Shown here one piece after another: positions 22,738 to 36,900 of a stretch of 64,000 nucleotides of DNA (the first letter of the stretch is position 1; every line of letters begins with the position of its first letter). Below the pieces are notes generated by a model that was not told the DNA's origin, ran no database searches, and worked only from the letters and a program-made list of their open reading frames with translations. Source of the stretch: Nemertoderma westbladi (Eukaryota > Animalia > Xenacoelomorpha); NCBI GenBank assembly GCA_032718475.1, contig JAUCBJ010009058.1:62001-126000 (forward strand), written 5' to 3'. A program made the translations under genes and the position numbers.

Positions 22738-23800
22738 TTACATGTTAGGATAATAATCTGGTTTCCATGGAGAATTAGTAACAGGCTCTACTAGAACTGG
22801 GTTACTGACAACTTTCTGTTTCTTTGCAGGTGATGCGTTGGTAAATTTACTCGATGATCTTGGCTTCCGAGGTAATATTTCAGGAAAGACCTGTTGCGGT
22901 TGAGAGCAACTCTCTTCAACATCTGGATTAGGTGATGGGATCTCTACGAACGCTTTAGGTTTATCCAAAAGGACAAAACCGTCAACATGGGCTTCAGTAA
23001 GAGAAACGCCATCCAGCGATTCTTTGAGAAAACTAATATGGGCTTTATCATTCAAGTAATGCAACTCGATAGAATTTCCGCCGGCACCTACTTCAGTAGA
23101 ATTATCGGTGTTGGTGATAATAATTTTTTTATTATTGGTTTTAATCATTTTGAGACGGTCTGATAATTGAATGATATTTTTATCAAAAAGATGCTTGTCT
23201 GTTTCATCGACTTGGTTGTCCCACTCTCGCAACAAAACGGTTAGTTCCTGTTTTGACAAATTGAAACCTGTATAATAGTTAAAACCAACACTATCAGTGT
23301 ATCTGAGGCTGATTTTCCATAAGCCAACATAGTTGGTTCCTTTAAAAGCTGTTACAAATCCAATAAACTCTGGATTTGATAATTCAATGTAGAATTGATC
23401 GCTAATAATCTCTAGCGGTGGAGAGAGAAATTGCAATAATTTCCCTCTGTATTGAATTAGAACTTCAGTAAAAGCTTTGTTGAGAACTTTACATTTGCCT
23501 TGTTTCTGAACGTAAACATCACCCGATGTGGGGTTGATGGAAATATTCAAATTTCCCTGCGCAAAACGAAGAGTGGGATATATCCTACCTGGTATAATTG
23601 CTGGTCTGGATTGATGTTGGTTGTTGGTTGTTTCTAGAATGTCTAACAAATAGCGGGTATCTTGATGGGAAAATACAAATTGATTCGTTGTCCTCCTGAG
23701 ATTCCACAATAAAATACTTGCTGTGAACGACGGTACAAGTATATTTATTGTAAGTAAATTTCCAGCTATTTGTTGCTCCGGTTTTTTGCGTTAAGGCCAT
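22738..23800 (-). CDS. Putative PC4/Sub1-like ssDNA-binding protein; probable frameshift near the N terminus joining ATG 23800 to the 323-aa frame
   Basis: FVTAFKGTNYVGLWKI...TGFNLSKQELTVL resembles PC4 VSVRDFKGKVLIDIREY...KGISLNPEQWSQL; C-terminal PAKKQK is NLS-like. The long frame lacks its own ATG. Confidence 0.55.
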
Positions 23801-23864
23801 AATAATAATAATAAATACGAAAAATATTACAAGTGATAAATTTTAAACCGTATCGCTGTAATAA

Positions 23865-24149
23865 ATTGACACCATAGTTCTCACTCTAAAATTGTGTTGG
23901 TCGGAAAACGACACCTAAGAAAAATGATGCTGAGTTCGACATTAGGTATCGACTCAAAAACAAAGATCGGGTGAGACACGTAGCTCAGATTTTCGTTTTT
24001 AGGTCGATACCCAATGCTGGAATCAGTATCATTTTATGCGGTGTCGTTTTCCGACCAACGAATATACAACGAGTAAGATAATGTATAAATTATTAAGGAA
24101 AAAAACACAATTTCAGAGTGAGAACAAAAAAAATTAGATATGGTATCAA
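23865..24149. other. Long imperfect inverted repeat (hairpin) in the right subterminal region
   Basis: Perfect 20-bp arms at 23896-23915 and 24040-24059, with further paired segments inside and outside them. Confidence 0.85.
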
Positions 24150-24473
24150 TATATTACCATGAAGATTACAAGTGATGAATTTTATTAAAAACATTCACTT
24201 ATATATATATAAATTTGCGATGTGGCATAGTCAACGAAGAAGAGATGGTACGTGTCATAATCATCAACGAATAAGAAAAGAGATGGGGAGCAACGTGGAT
24301 GAATAGCTGGCTGGTTGATTGCGTGGATAGGAAATACGTGAAAGAATATGAATCATAGGGTTGTGTGCGATAATAATCAATAATTATTATAATAAAAACG
24401 TGCAGTATAATGTTAGTGGTGGTAGCCTTTCAATATGGCACAGATGCTGTGGGATTGGTTAGGTTAGGTTGAG

Positions 24474-24959
24474 TAACTATGGAAATGTTCGTATACGTGT
24501 AGCTGGAACGTGGCGGAATTTCACGTATCATAGCGTTGGACTGGTAGGCTGCTTGGTTGGTTGGATTGATTGGTTTGGCGACAGCCGTCGAGGAGTAGCC
24601 GTGCGTGGCTAGCGGTGGTGAGTTGGCAATCGATATATAATATAATAGCGTAGTGGGGGCTAGCCATGCATCGTGAAGTTAGGTTACGCGAAGATGAATA
24701 TGCGATGGTTGGTTGATGCAACAACACGAATCAATACTCACGGTTGGTAACAGCTATCGAGTAAGGTAGGCATCATGAGGTTAGGCTACGCGTAGGCGAT
24801 AGGCAACGATTGGTTGAAGGCATCGACACGAATCAATATTGATGGTGACAGATGGTCATTAAACATCGCGATTTAGCACGTTTTTAATAGCCCTCCGAGA
24901 TGCAGCCCGTAGCCCAGGCTAGGGAGGAGTACGCGGGGGGGCCCTCTTCTTCTACTACT
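24474..24959 (-). repeat. Right terminal inverted repeat of the Polinton (486 bp)
   Basis: Reverse complement of 6739-7224; ends CTTCTTCTACTACT. Confidence 0.96.
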
Positions 24960-27900
24960 ACCCAGATCCAAGCTATCGATGATACAGTTAACAACTTACT
25001 TTCTACAGAGGCCCAGATCCAAGCTATCGATGATACCGTTAATAACTTAGTTGTGTTTCTACAGAGGCCCTCTACAGAGACCCAGATCCAAGCTTTCGAT
25101 GATACAGTTAACAACTTACTTGTGTTTCTACAGAGGCCCAGATCCAAGCTATCGATGATACAGTTAACAACTTACTTGTGTTTCTACAGAGGCCCAGATC
25201 CAAGCTATCGATGATACAGTTAACAACTTACTTGTGTTTCTACAGAGACCCAGATCCAAGCTATCGATGATACAGTTAACAACTTACTTGTGTTTCTACA
25301 GAGACCCAGATCCAAGCTATCGATGATACAGTTAACAACTTACTTGTGTTTCTACAGAGACCCAGATCCAAGCTATCGATGATACAGTTAACAACTTACT
25401 TTCTACAGAGGCCCAGATCCAAGCTATCGATGATACAGTTAACAACTTACTTGTCTTTCTACAGAGACCCAAATCCAAGCTATCGATGATACAGTTAACA
25501 ACTTACTTGTGTTTCTACAGAGACCCAGATCCAAGCTTTCGATGATACAGTTAACAACTTACTTGTGTTTCTACAGAGGCCCAGATCCAAGCTATTGATG
25601 ATACAGTTAACAACTTACTTGTGTTTCTACAGAGGCCCAGATCCAAGCTATCGATGATACAGTTAACAACTTACTTGTGTTTCTACAGAGACCCAGATCC
25701 AAGCTATCGATGATACAGTTAACAACTTACTTGTGTTTCTACAGAGACCCAGATCCAAGCTATCGATGATACAGTTAACAACTTACTTGTTTTTCTACAG
25801 AGACCCAGATCCAAGCTATCGATGATACAGTTAACAACTTACTTTCTACAGAGGCCCAGATCCAAGCTATCGATGATACCGTTAATAACTTACTTGTGTT
25901 TCTACAGAGGCCCAGATCCAAGCTATCAATGATCCAGTTAACAACTTACTTGTGTTTCTACAGAGACCCAGATCCAAGCTATCGATGATACAGTTAACAA
26001 CTTACTTTCTACAGAGGCCCAGATCCAAGCTATCGATGATACCGTTAATAACTTACTTGTGTTTCTACAGAGACCCAGATCCAAGCTATCGATGATACAG
26101 TTAACAACTTACTTGTGTTTCTACAGAGACCCAGATCCAAGCTATCGATGATACAGTTAACAACTTACTTGTGTTTCTACAGAGACCCAGATCCAAGCTA
26201 TCGATGATACAGTTAACAACTTACTTTCTACAGAGGCCCAGATCCAAGCTATCGATGATACCGTTAATAACTTACTTGTGTTTCTACAGAGACCCAGATC
26301 CAAGCTATCGATGATACAGTTTACAACTTACTTGTGTTTCTACAGAGACCCAGATCCAAGCTATCGATGATACAGTTAACAACTTACTTGTTTGTTTCTA
26401 CAGAGACCCAGATCCAAGCTATCGATGATACAGTTAACAACTTACTTGTGTTTCTACAGAGACCCAGACCCAAGCTATCGATGATACAGTTAACAACTTA
26501 CTTGTGTTTCTACAGAGACCCAGATCCAAGCTATCGATGGTACAGTTAACAACTTACTTGTGTTTCTACAGAGACCCAGATCCAAGCTATCGATGATACA
26601 GTTAACAACTTACTTGTGTTTCTACAGAGACCCAGATCCAAGCTATCGATGATACAGTTAACAACTTACTTGTGTTTCTACAGAGGCCCAGATCCAAGCT
26701 ATTGATGATACAGTTAACAACTTACTTGTGTTTCTACAGAGACCCAGATCCAAGCTATCGATGATACAGTTAACAACTTACTTGTGTTTCTACAGAGACC
26801 CAGATCCAAGCTATCGATGATACAGTTAACAACTTACTTGTTTGTTTCTACAGAGACCCAGATCCAAGATATCGATGATACAGTTAACAACTTACTTGTG
26901 TTTCTACAGAGACCCAGATCCAAGCTATCGATGATACAGTTAACAACTTACTTGTGTTTCTACAGAGACCCAGATCCAAGCTATCGATGATACAGTTAAC
27001 AACTTACTTGTGTTTCTACAGAGACCCAGATCCAAGCTATCGATGATACAGTTAACAACTTACTTTTTTGTTTCTACAGAGACCCAGATCCAAGCTATCG
27101 ATGATACAGTTAACAACTTACTTGTGTTTCTACAGAGACCCAGATCCAAGCTATCGATGATACAGTTAACAACTTACTTGTGTTTCTACAGAGACCCAGA
27201 TCCAAGCTATTGATGATACAGTTAACAACTTACTTGTGTTTCTACAGAGACCCAGATCCAAGCTATCGATGATACAGTTAACAACTTACTTTTTTGTTTC
27301 TACAGAGACCCAGATCCAAGCTATCGATGATACAGTTAACAACTTACTTGTGTTTCTACAGAGACCCAGATCCAAGCTATCGATGATACAGTTAACAACT
27401 TACTTGTGTTTCTACAGAGACCCAGATCCAAGCTATCGATGATACAGTTAACAAGTTACTTGTGTTTCTACAGAGACCCAGATCCAAGCTATCGATGATA
27501 CAGTTAACAACTTACTTGTTTGTTTCTACAGAGACCCAGATCCAAGATATCGATGATACAGTTAACAACTTACTTGTGTTTCTACAGAGACCCAGATCCA
27601 AGCTATCGATGATACAGTTAACAACTTACTTGTGTTTCTACAGAGACCCAGATCCAAGCTATCGATGATACAGTTAACAACTTACTTGTGTTTCTACAGA
27701 GACCCAGATCAAAGCTATCGATGATACAGTTAACAACTTACTTGTGTTTCTACAGAGACCCAGATCCAAGCTTTCGATGATACAGTTAACAACTTACTTG
27801 TGTTTCTACAGAGACCCAGATCCAAGCTATCGATGATACAGTTAACAACTTACTTGTGTTTCTACAGAGGCCCAGATCCAAGCTATCGATGGTACAGTTA

Positions 27901-30900
27901 ACAACTTACTTGTGTTTCTACAGAGACCCAAATCCAAGCTATCGATGATACCGTTAACAACTTACTTGTGTTTCTACAGAGACCCAGATCCAAGCTATCG
28001 ATGATACAGTTAACAACTTACTTGAATTTCTACAGAGGCCCAGACCCAAGCTATCGATGGTACAGTTAACAACTTACTTGTGTTTCTACAGAGACCCAAA
28101 TCCAAGCTATCGATGATACAGTTAACAACTTACTTGTGTTTCTACAGAGACCCAGATCCAAGCTTTCGATGATACAGTTAACAACTTACTTGTGTTTCTA
28201 CAGAGACCCAGATCCAAGCTTTCGATGATACAGTTAACAACTTACTTGTGTTTCTACAGAGACCCAGATCCAAGCTATCGATGGTACAGTTAACAACTTA
28301 CTTGTGTTTCTACAGAGACCCAGATCCAAGCTATCGATGATACAGTTTACAACTTACTTGTGTTTCTACAGAGACCCAGACCCAAGCTATCGATGATACA
28401 GTTAACAACTTACTTGTGTTTATACAGAGACCCAGATCCAAGCTATCGATGATACAGTTAACAACTTACTTGTGTTTCTAAAGAGTCCCAGACCCAAGCT
28501 ATCGATGATACAGTTAACAACTTACTTGTGTTTCTACAGAGGCCCAGATCCAAGCTATCGATGATACCGTTAATAACTTACTTGTGTTTCTACAGAGACC
28601 CAGATCCAAGCTATCGATGATACAGTTTACAACTTACTTGTGTTTCTACAGAGACCCAGACCCAAGCTATATCGATGATACAGTTAACAACTTACTTGTG
28701 TTTCTACAGAGGCCCAGATCCAAGCTATCGATGATACAGTTAACAACTTACTTGTGTTTCTACAGAGACCCAGATCCAAGCTATCGATGATACAGTTAAC
28801 AACTTACTTGTGTTTCTACAGAGACCCAGATCCAAGCTATCGATGATACAGTTAACAACTTACTTGTGTTTCTACAGAGACCCAGATCCAAGCTATCGAT
28901 GATACAGTTAACAACTTACTTGTGTTTCTACAGAGACCCAGATCCAAGCTATCGATGATACAGTTAACAACTTACTTGTGTTTCTACAGAGACCCAGATC
29001 CAAGCTATCGATGATACAGTTAACAACTTACTTGTGTTTCTACAGAGGCCCAGATCCAAGCTATCGATGATACAGTTAACAACTTACTTGTGTTTCTACA
29101 GAGACCCAGATCCAAGCTATCGATGATACAGTTAACAACTTACTTGTGTTTCTATAGAGACCCAGATCCAAGCTATCGATGACACAGTTAACAACTTACT
29201 TGTGTTTCTACAGAGACCCAGATCCAAGCTATCGATGATACAGTTAACAACTTACTTGTGTTTCTACAGAGACCCAGATCCAAGCTATCGATGATACAGT
29301 TAACAACTTACTTGTGTTTCTACAGAGGCCCAGATCCAAGCTATCGATGATACAGTTAACAACTTACTTGTGTTTCTACAGAGACCCAGATCCAAGCTAT
29401 CGATGATACAGTTAACAACTTACTTGTGTTTCTACAGAGGCCCAGATCCAAGCTATCGATGATACAGTTAACAACTTACTTGTGTTTCTACAGAGACCCA
29501 GATCCAAGCTATCGATGATACAGTTAACAACTTACTTGTGTTTCTACAGAGGCCCAGATCCAAGCTATCGATGATACAGTTAACAACTTACTTGTGTTTC
29601 TACAGAGGCCCAGATCCAAGCTATCGATGGTACAGTTAACAACTTACTTGTGTTTCTACAGAGACCCAGATCCAAGCTATCGATGGTACAGTTAACAACT
29701 TACTTGTGTTTCTACAGAGACCCAGATCCAAGCTATCGATGATACAGTTAACAACTTACTTGTGTTTCTACAGAGACCCAGATCCAAGCTATCGATGATA
29801 CAGTTAACAACTTACTTGTGTTTCTACAGAGGCCCAGATCCAAGCTATTGATGATACAGTTAACAACTTACTTGTGTTTCTACAGAGACCCAGATCCAAG
29901 CTATCGATGATACAGTTAACAACTTACTTGTGTTTCTACAGAGACCCAGATCCAAGCTATCGATGATACAGTTAACAACTTACTTGTTTGTTTCTACAGA
30001 GACCCAGATCCAAGATATCGATGATACAGTTAACAACTTACTTGTGTTTCTACAGAGACCCAGATCCAAGCTATCGATGATACAGTTAACAACTTACTTG
30101 TGTTTCTACAGAGACCCAGATCCAAGCTATCGATGATACAGTTAACAACTTACTTGTGTTTCTACAGAGACCCAGATCCAAGCTATCGATGATACAGTTA
30201 ACAACTTACTTTTTTGTTTCTACAGAGACCCAGATCCAAGCTATCGATGATACAGTTAACAACTTACTTGTGTTTCTACAGAGACCCAGATCCAAGCTAT
30301 CGATGATACAGTTAACAACTTACTTGTGTTTCTACAGAGACCCAGATCCAAGCTATCGATGATACAGTTAACAACTTACTTGTGTTTCTACAGAGACCCA
30401 GATCCAAGCTATCGATGATACAGTTAACAACTTACTTTTTTGTTTCTACAGAGACCCAGATCCAAGCTATCGATGATACAGTTAACAACTTACTTGTGTT
30501 TCTACAGAGACCCAGATCCAAGCTATCGATGATACAGTTAACAACTTACTTGTGTTTCTACAGAGACCCAGATCCAAGCTATCGATGATACAGTTAACAA
30601 CTTACTTGTGTTTCTACAGAGACCCAGATCCAAGCTATCGATGATACAGTTAACAACTTACTTGTTTGTTTCTACAGAGACCCAGATCCAAGATATCGAT
30701 GATACAGTTAACAACTTACTTGTGTTTCTACAGAGACCCAGATCCAAGCTATCGATGATACAGTTAACAACTTACTTGTGTTTCTACAGAGACCCAGATC
30801 CAAGCTATCGATGATACAGTTAACAACTTACTTGTGTTTCTACAGAGACCCAGATCAAAGCTATCGATGATACAGTTAACAACTTACTTGTGTTTCTACA

Positions 30901-33900
30901 GAGACCCAGATCCAAGCTTTCGATGATACAGTTAACAACTTACTTGTGTTTCTACAGAGACCCAGATCCAAGCTATCGATGATACAGTTAACAACTTACT
31001 TGTGTTTCTACAGAGGCCCAGATCCAAGCTATCGATGGTACAGTTAACAACTTACTTGTGTTTCTACAGAGACCCAAATCCAAGCTATCGATGATACCGT
31101 TAACAACTTACTTGTGTTTCTACAGAGACCCAGATCCAAGCTATCGATGATACAGTTAACAACTTACTTGAATTTCTACAGAGGCCCAGACCCAAGCTAT
31201 CGATGGTACAGTTAACAACTTACTTGTGTTTCTACAGAGACCCAAATCCAAGCTATCGATGATACAGTTAACAACTTACTTGTGTTTCTACAGAGACCCA
31301 GATCCAAGCTTTCGATGATACAGTTAACAACTTACTTGTGTTTCTACAGAGACCCAGATCCAAGCTTTCGATGATACAGTTAACAACTTACTTGTGTTTC
31401 TACAGAGACCCAGATCCAAGATATCGATGGTACAGTTAACAACTTACTTGTGTTTCTACAGAGACCCAAATCCAAGCTATCGATGATACAGTTAACAACT
31501 TACTTGTGTTTCTACAGAGACCCAGATCAAAGCTATCGATGATACAGTTAACAACTTACTTGTGTTTCTACAGAGACCCAGATCCAAGCTTTCGATGATA
31601 CAGTTAACAACTTACTTGTGTTTCTACAGAGACCCAGATCCAAGCTATCGATGATACAGTTAACAACTTACTTGAATTTCTACAGAGGCCCAGACCCAAG
31701 CTATCGATGGTACAGTTAACAACTTACTTGTGTTTCTACAGAGACCCAAATCCAAGCTATCGATGATACAGTTAACAACTTACTTGTGTTTCTACAGAGA
31801 CCCAAATCCAAGCTATCGATGATACAGTTAACAACTTACTTGTGTTTCTACAGAGACCCAGATCCAAGATATCGATGAAACAGTTAACAACTTACTTGTG
31901 TTTCTACAGAGACCCAGATCCAAGCTATCGATGATACAGTTAACAACTTACTTGTGTTTCTACAGAGATCCAGATCCAAGCTTTCGATGATACAGTTAAC
32001 AACTTACTTGTGTTTCTACAGAGACCCAGATCCAAGCTATCGATGGTACAGTTAACAACTTACTTGTGTTTCTACAGAGACCCAAATCCAAGCTATCGAT
32101 GATACAGTTAACAACTTACTTGTGTTTCTACAGAGACCCAGATCAAAGCTATCGATGATACAGTTAACAACTTACTTGTGTTTCTACAGAGACCCAGATC
32201 CAAGCTTTCGATGATACAGTTAACAACTTACTTGTGTTTCTACAGAGACCCAGATCCAAGCTATCGATGATACAGTTAACAACTTACTTGAATTTCTACA
32301 GAGGCCCAGACCCAAGCTATCGATGGTACAGTTAACAACTTACTTGTGTTTCTACAGAGACCCAAATCCAAGCTATCGATGATACAGTTAACAACTTACT
32401 TGTGTTTCTACAGAGACCCAGATCAAAGCTATCGATGATACAGTTAACAACTTACTTGTGTTTCTACAGAGACCCAGATCCAAGCTTTCGATGATACAGT
32501 TAACAACTTACTTGTGTTTCTACAGAGACCCAGATCCAAGCTATCGATGATACAGTTAACAACTTACTTGAATTTCTACAGAGGCCCAGACCCAAGCTAT
32601 CGATGGTACAGTTAACAACTTACTTGTGTTTCTACAGAGGCCCAGATCCAAGCTATCGATGATACAGTTAACAACTTACTTGTGTTTCTACAGAGACCCA
32701 GATCCAAGCTATCGATGATACAGTTAACAACTTACTTGAATTTCTACAGAGGCCCAGACCCAAGCTATCGATGGTACAGTTAACAACTTACTTGTGTTTC
32801 TACAGAGACCCAAATCCAAGCTATCGATGATACAGTTAACAACTTACTTGTGTTTCTACAGAGACCCAAATCCAAGCTATCGATGATACAGTTAACAACT
32901 TACTTGTGTTTCTACAGAGACCCAGATCCAAGATATCGATGATACAGTTAACAACTTACTTGTGTTTCTACAGAGACCCAGATCCAAGCTATCGATGGTA
33001 CAGTTAACAACTTACTTGTGTTTCTACAGAGACCCAGATCCAAGCTTTCGATGATACAGTTAACAACTTACTTGTGTTTCTACAGAGACCCAGATCCAAG
33101 CTATCGATGGTACAGTTAACAACTTACTTGTGTTTCTACAGAGACCCAAATCCAAGCTATCGATGATACAGTTAACAACTTACTTGTGTTTCTACAGAGA
33201 CCCAGATCAAAGCTATCGATGATACAGTTAACAACTTACTTGTGTTTCTACAGAGACCCAGATCCAAGCTTTCGATGATACAGTTAACAACTTACTTGTG
33301 TTTCTACAGAGACCCAGATCCAAGCTATCGATGATACAGTTAACAACTTACTTGAATTTCTACAGAGGCCCAGACCCAAGCTATCGATGGTACAGTTAAC
33401 AACTTACTTGTGTTTCTACAGAGACCCAAATCCAAGCTATCGATGATACAGTTAACAACTTACTTGTGTTTCTACAGAGACCCAGATCAAAGCTATCGAT
33501 GATACAGTTAACAACTTACTTGTGTTTCTACAGAGACCCAGATCCAAGCTTTCGATGATACAGTTAACAACTTACTTGTGTTTCTACAGAGACCCAGATC
33601 CAAGCTATCGATGATACAGTTAACAACTTACTTGAATTTCTACAGAGGCCCAGACCCAAGCTATCGATGGTACAGTTAACAACTTACTTGTGTTTCTACA
33701 GAGGCCCAGATCCAAGCTATCGATGATACAGTTAACAACTTACTTGTGTTTCTACAGAGACCCAGATCCAAGCTATCGATGATACAGTTAACAACTTACT
33801 TGTGTTTCTACAGAGACCCAGATCCAAGCTATCGATGATACAGTACAGAGGCCAAGATCCAAGCTATCGATGATACAGTTAACAACTTACTTGTGTTTCT

Positions 33901-36900
33901 ATAGAGACCCAGATCCAAGCTATCGATGATACCGTTAACAACTTACTTGCGTTTCTACAGAGACCCAGATCCAAGATATCGATGATACAGTTAACAACTT
34001 ACTTGTGTTTCTACAGAGACCCAGATCCAAGCTATCGATGATACAGTTAACAACTTACTTTTTTGTTTCTACAGAGACCCAGATCCAAGCTATCGATGAT
34101 ACAGTTAACAACTTACTTGTTTGTTTCTACAGAGACCCAGATCCAAGATATCGATGATACAGTTAACAACTTACTTGTGTTTCTACAGAGACCCAGATCC
34201 AAGCTATCGATGATACAGTTAACAACTTACTTGTGTTTCTACAGAGACCCAGATCCAAGCTATCGATGATACAGTTAACAACTTACTTGTGTTTCTACAG
34301 AGACCCAGATCCAAGCTATCGATGATACAGTTAACAACTTACTTTTTTGTTTCTACAGAGACCCAGATCCAAGCTATCGATGATACAGTTAACAACTTAC
34401 TTGAATTTCTACAGAGGCCCAGACCCAAGCTATCGATGGTACAGTTAACAACTTACTTGTGTTTCTACAGAGACCCAGACCCAAGCTATCGATGATACAG
34501 TTAACAACTTACTTGTGTTTCTACAGAGACCCAGATCCAAGCTATCGATGATACAGTTAACAACTTACTTGAATTTCTACAGAGGCCCAGACCCAAGCTA
34601 TCGATGGTACAGTTAACAACTTACTTGTGTTTCTACAGAGACCCAGACCCAAGCTATCGATGATACAGTTTACAACTTACTTGTGTTTCTACAGAGACCC
34701 AGACCCAAGCTATATCGATGATACAGTTAACAACTTACTTGTGTTTCTACAGAGGCCCAGACCCAAGCTATCGATGGTACAGTTAACAACTTACTTGTGT
34801 TTCTACAGAGACCCAGATCCAAGATATTGATGATACAGTTAACAACTTACTTGTGTTTCTACAGAGACCCAGATCCAAGCTATCGATGATACAGTTAACA
34901 ACTTACTTGAATTTCTACAGAGGCCCAGACCCAAGCTATCGATGGTACAGTTAACAACTTACTTGTGTTTCTACAGAGACCCAAATCCAAGCTATCGATG
35001 ATACAGTTAACAACTTACTTGTGTTTCTACAGAGACCCAAATCCAAGCTATCGATGATACAGTTAACAACTTACTTGTGTTTCTACAGAGACCCAGATCC
35101 AAGATATCGATGATACAGTTAACAACTTACTTGTGTTTCTACAGAGACCCAAATCCAAGCTATCGATGATACAGTTAACAACTTACTTGTGTTTCTACAG
35201 AGACCCAGATCAAAGCTATCGATGATACAGTTAACAACTTACTTGTGTTTCTACAGAGACCCAGATCCAAGCTTTCGATGATACAGTTAACAACTTACTT
35301 GTGTTTCTAAAGAGTCCCAGACCCAAGCTATCGATGATACAGTTAACAACTTACTTGTGTTTCTACAGAGGCCCAGATCCAAGCTATCGATGATACCGTT
35401 AATAACTTACTTGTGTTTCTACAGAGACCCAGATCCAAGCTATCGATGATACAGTTTACAACTTACTTGTGTTTCTACAGAGACCCAGACCCAAGCTATA
35501 TCGATGATACAGTTAACAACTTACTTGTGTTTCTACAGAGGCCCAGATCCAAGCTATCGATGATACAGTTAACAACTTACTTGTGTTTCTACAGAGACCC
35601 AGATCCAAGCTATCGATGATACAGTTAACAACTTACTTGTGTTTCTACAGAGACCCAGATCCAAGCTATCGATGATACAGTTAACAACTTACTTGTGTTT
35701 CTACAGAGGCCCAGATCCAAGCTATCGATGATACCGTTAATAACTTACTTGTGTTTCTACAGAGACCCAGATCCAAGCTATCGATGATACAGTTTACAAC
35801 TTACTTGTGTTTCTACAGAGACCCAGACCCAAGCTATATCGATGATACAGTTAACAACTTACTTGTGTTTCTACAGAGGCCCAGATCCAAGCTATCGATG
35901 ATACAGTTAACAACTTACTTGTGTTTCTACAGAGACCCAGATCCAAGCTATCGATGATACAGTTAACAACTTACTTGTGTTTCTACAGAGACCCAGATCC
36001 AAGCTATCGATGATACAGTTAACAACTTACTTGTGTTTCTACAGAGACCCAGATCCAAGCTATCGATGATACAGTTAACAACTTACTTGTGTTTCTACAG
36101 AGACCCAGATCCAAGCTATCGATGATACAGTTAACAACTTACTTGTGTTTCTACAGAGACCCAGATCCAAGCTATCGATGATACAGTTAACAACTTACTT
36201 GTGTTTCTACAGAGGCCCAGATCCAAGCTATCGATGATACAGTTAACAACTTACTTGTGTTTCTACAGAGACCCAGATCCAAGCTATCGATGATACAGTT
36301 AACAACTTACTTGTGTTTCTACAGAGACCCAGATCCAAGCTATCGATGACACAGTTAACAACTTACTTGTGTTTCTACAGAGACCCAGATCCAAGCTATC
36401 GATGATACAGTTAACAACTTACTTGTGTTTCTACAGAGACCCAGATCCAAGCTATCGATGATACAGTTAACAACTTACTTGTGTTTCTACAGAGGCCCAG
36501 ATCCAAGCTATCGATGATACAGTTAACAACTTACTTGTGTTTCTACAGAGACCCAGATCCAAGCTATCGATGATACAGTTAACAACTTACTTGTGTTTCT
36601 ACAGAGGCCCAGATCCAAGCTATCGATGATACAGTTAACAACTTACTTGTGTTTCTACAGAGACCCAGATCCAAGCTATCGATGATACAGTTAACAACTT
36701 ACTTGTGTTTCTACAGAGGCCCAGATCCAAGCTATCGATGATACAGTTAACAACTTACTTGTGTTTCTACAGAGGCCCAGATCCAAGCTATCGATGGTAC
36801 AGTTAACAACTTACTTGTGTTTCTACAGAGACCCAGATCCAAGCTATCGATGGTACAGTTAACAACTTACTTGTGTTTCTACAGAGACCCAGATCCAAGC

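Larger units (their letters stand above)
6739..24959. mobile_element. Polinton/Maverick (adintovirus-like endogenous virus), 18,221 bp, structurally complete but with inactivating lesions
   Basis: Starts AGTAGT and ends ACTACT; 486-bp TIRs; 6-bp TSD ACCCAG at 6733-6738 and 24960-24965; encodes rve integrase, pPolB, A32/FtsK ATPase, adenain, major and minor capsid proteins. Confidence 0.98.
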
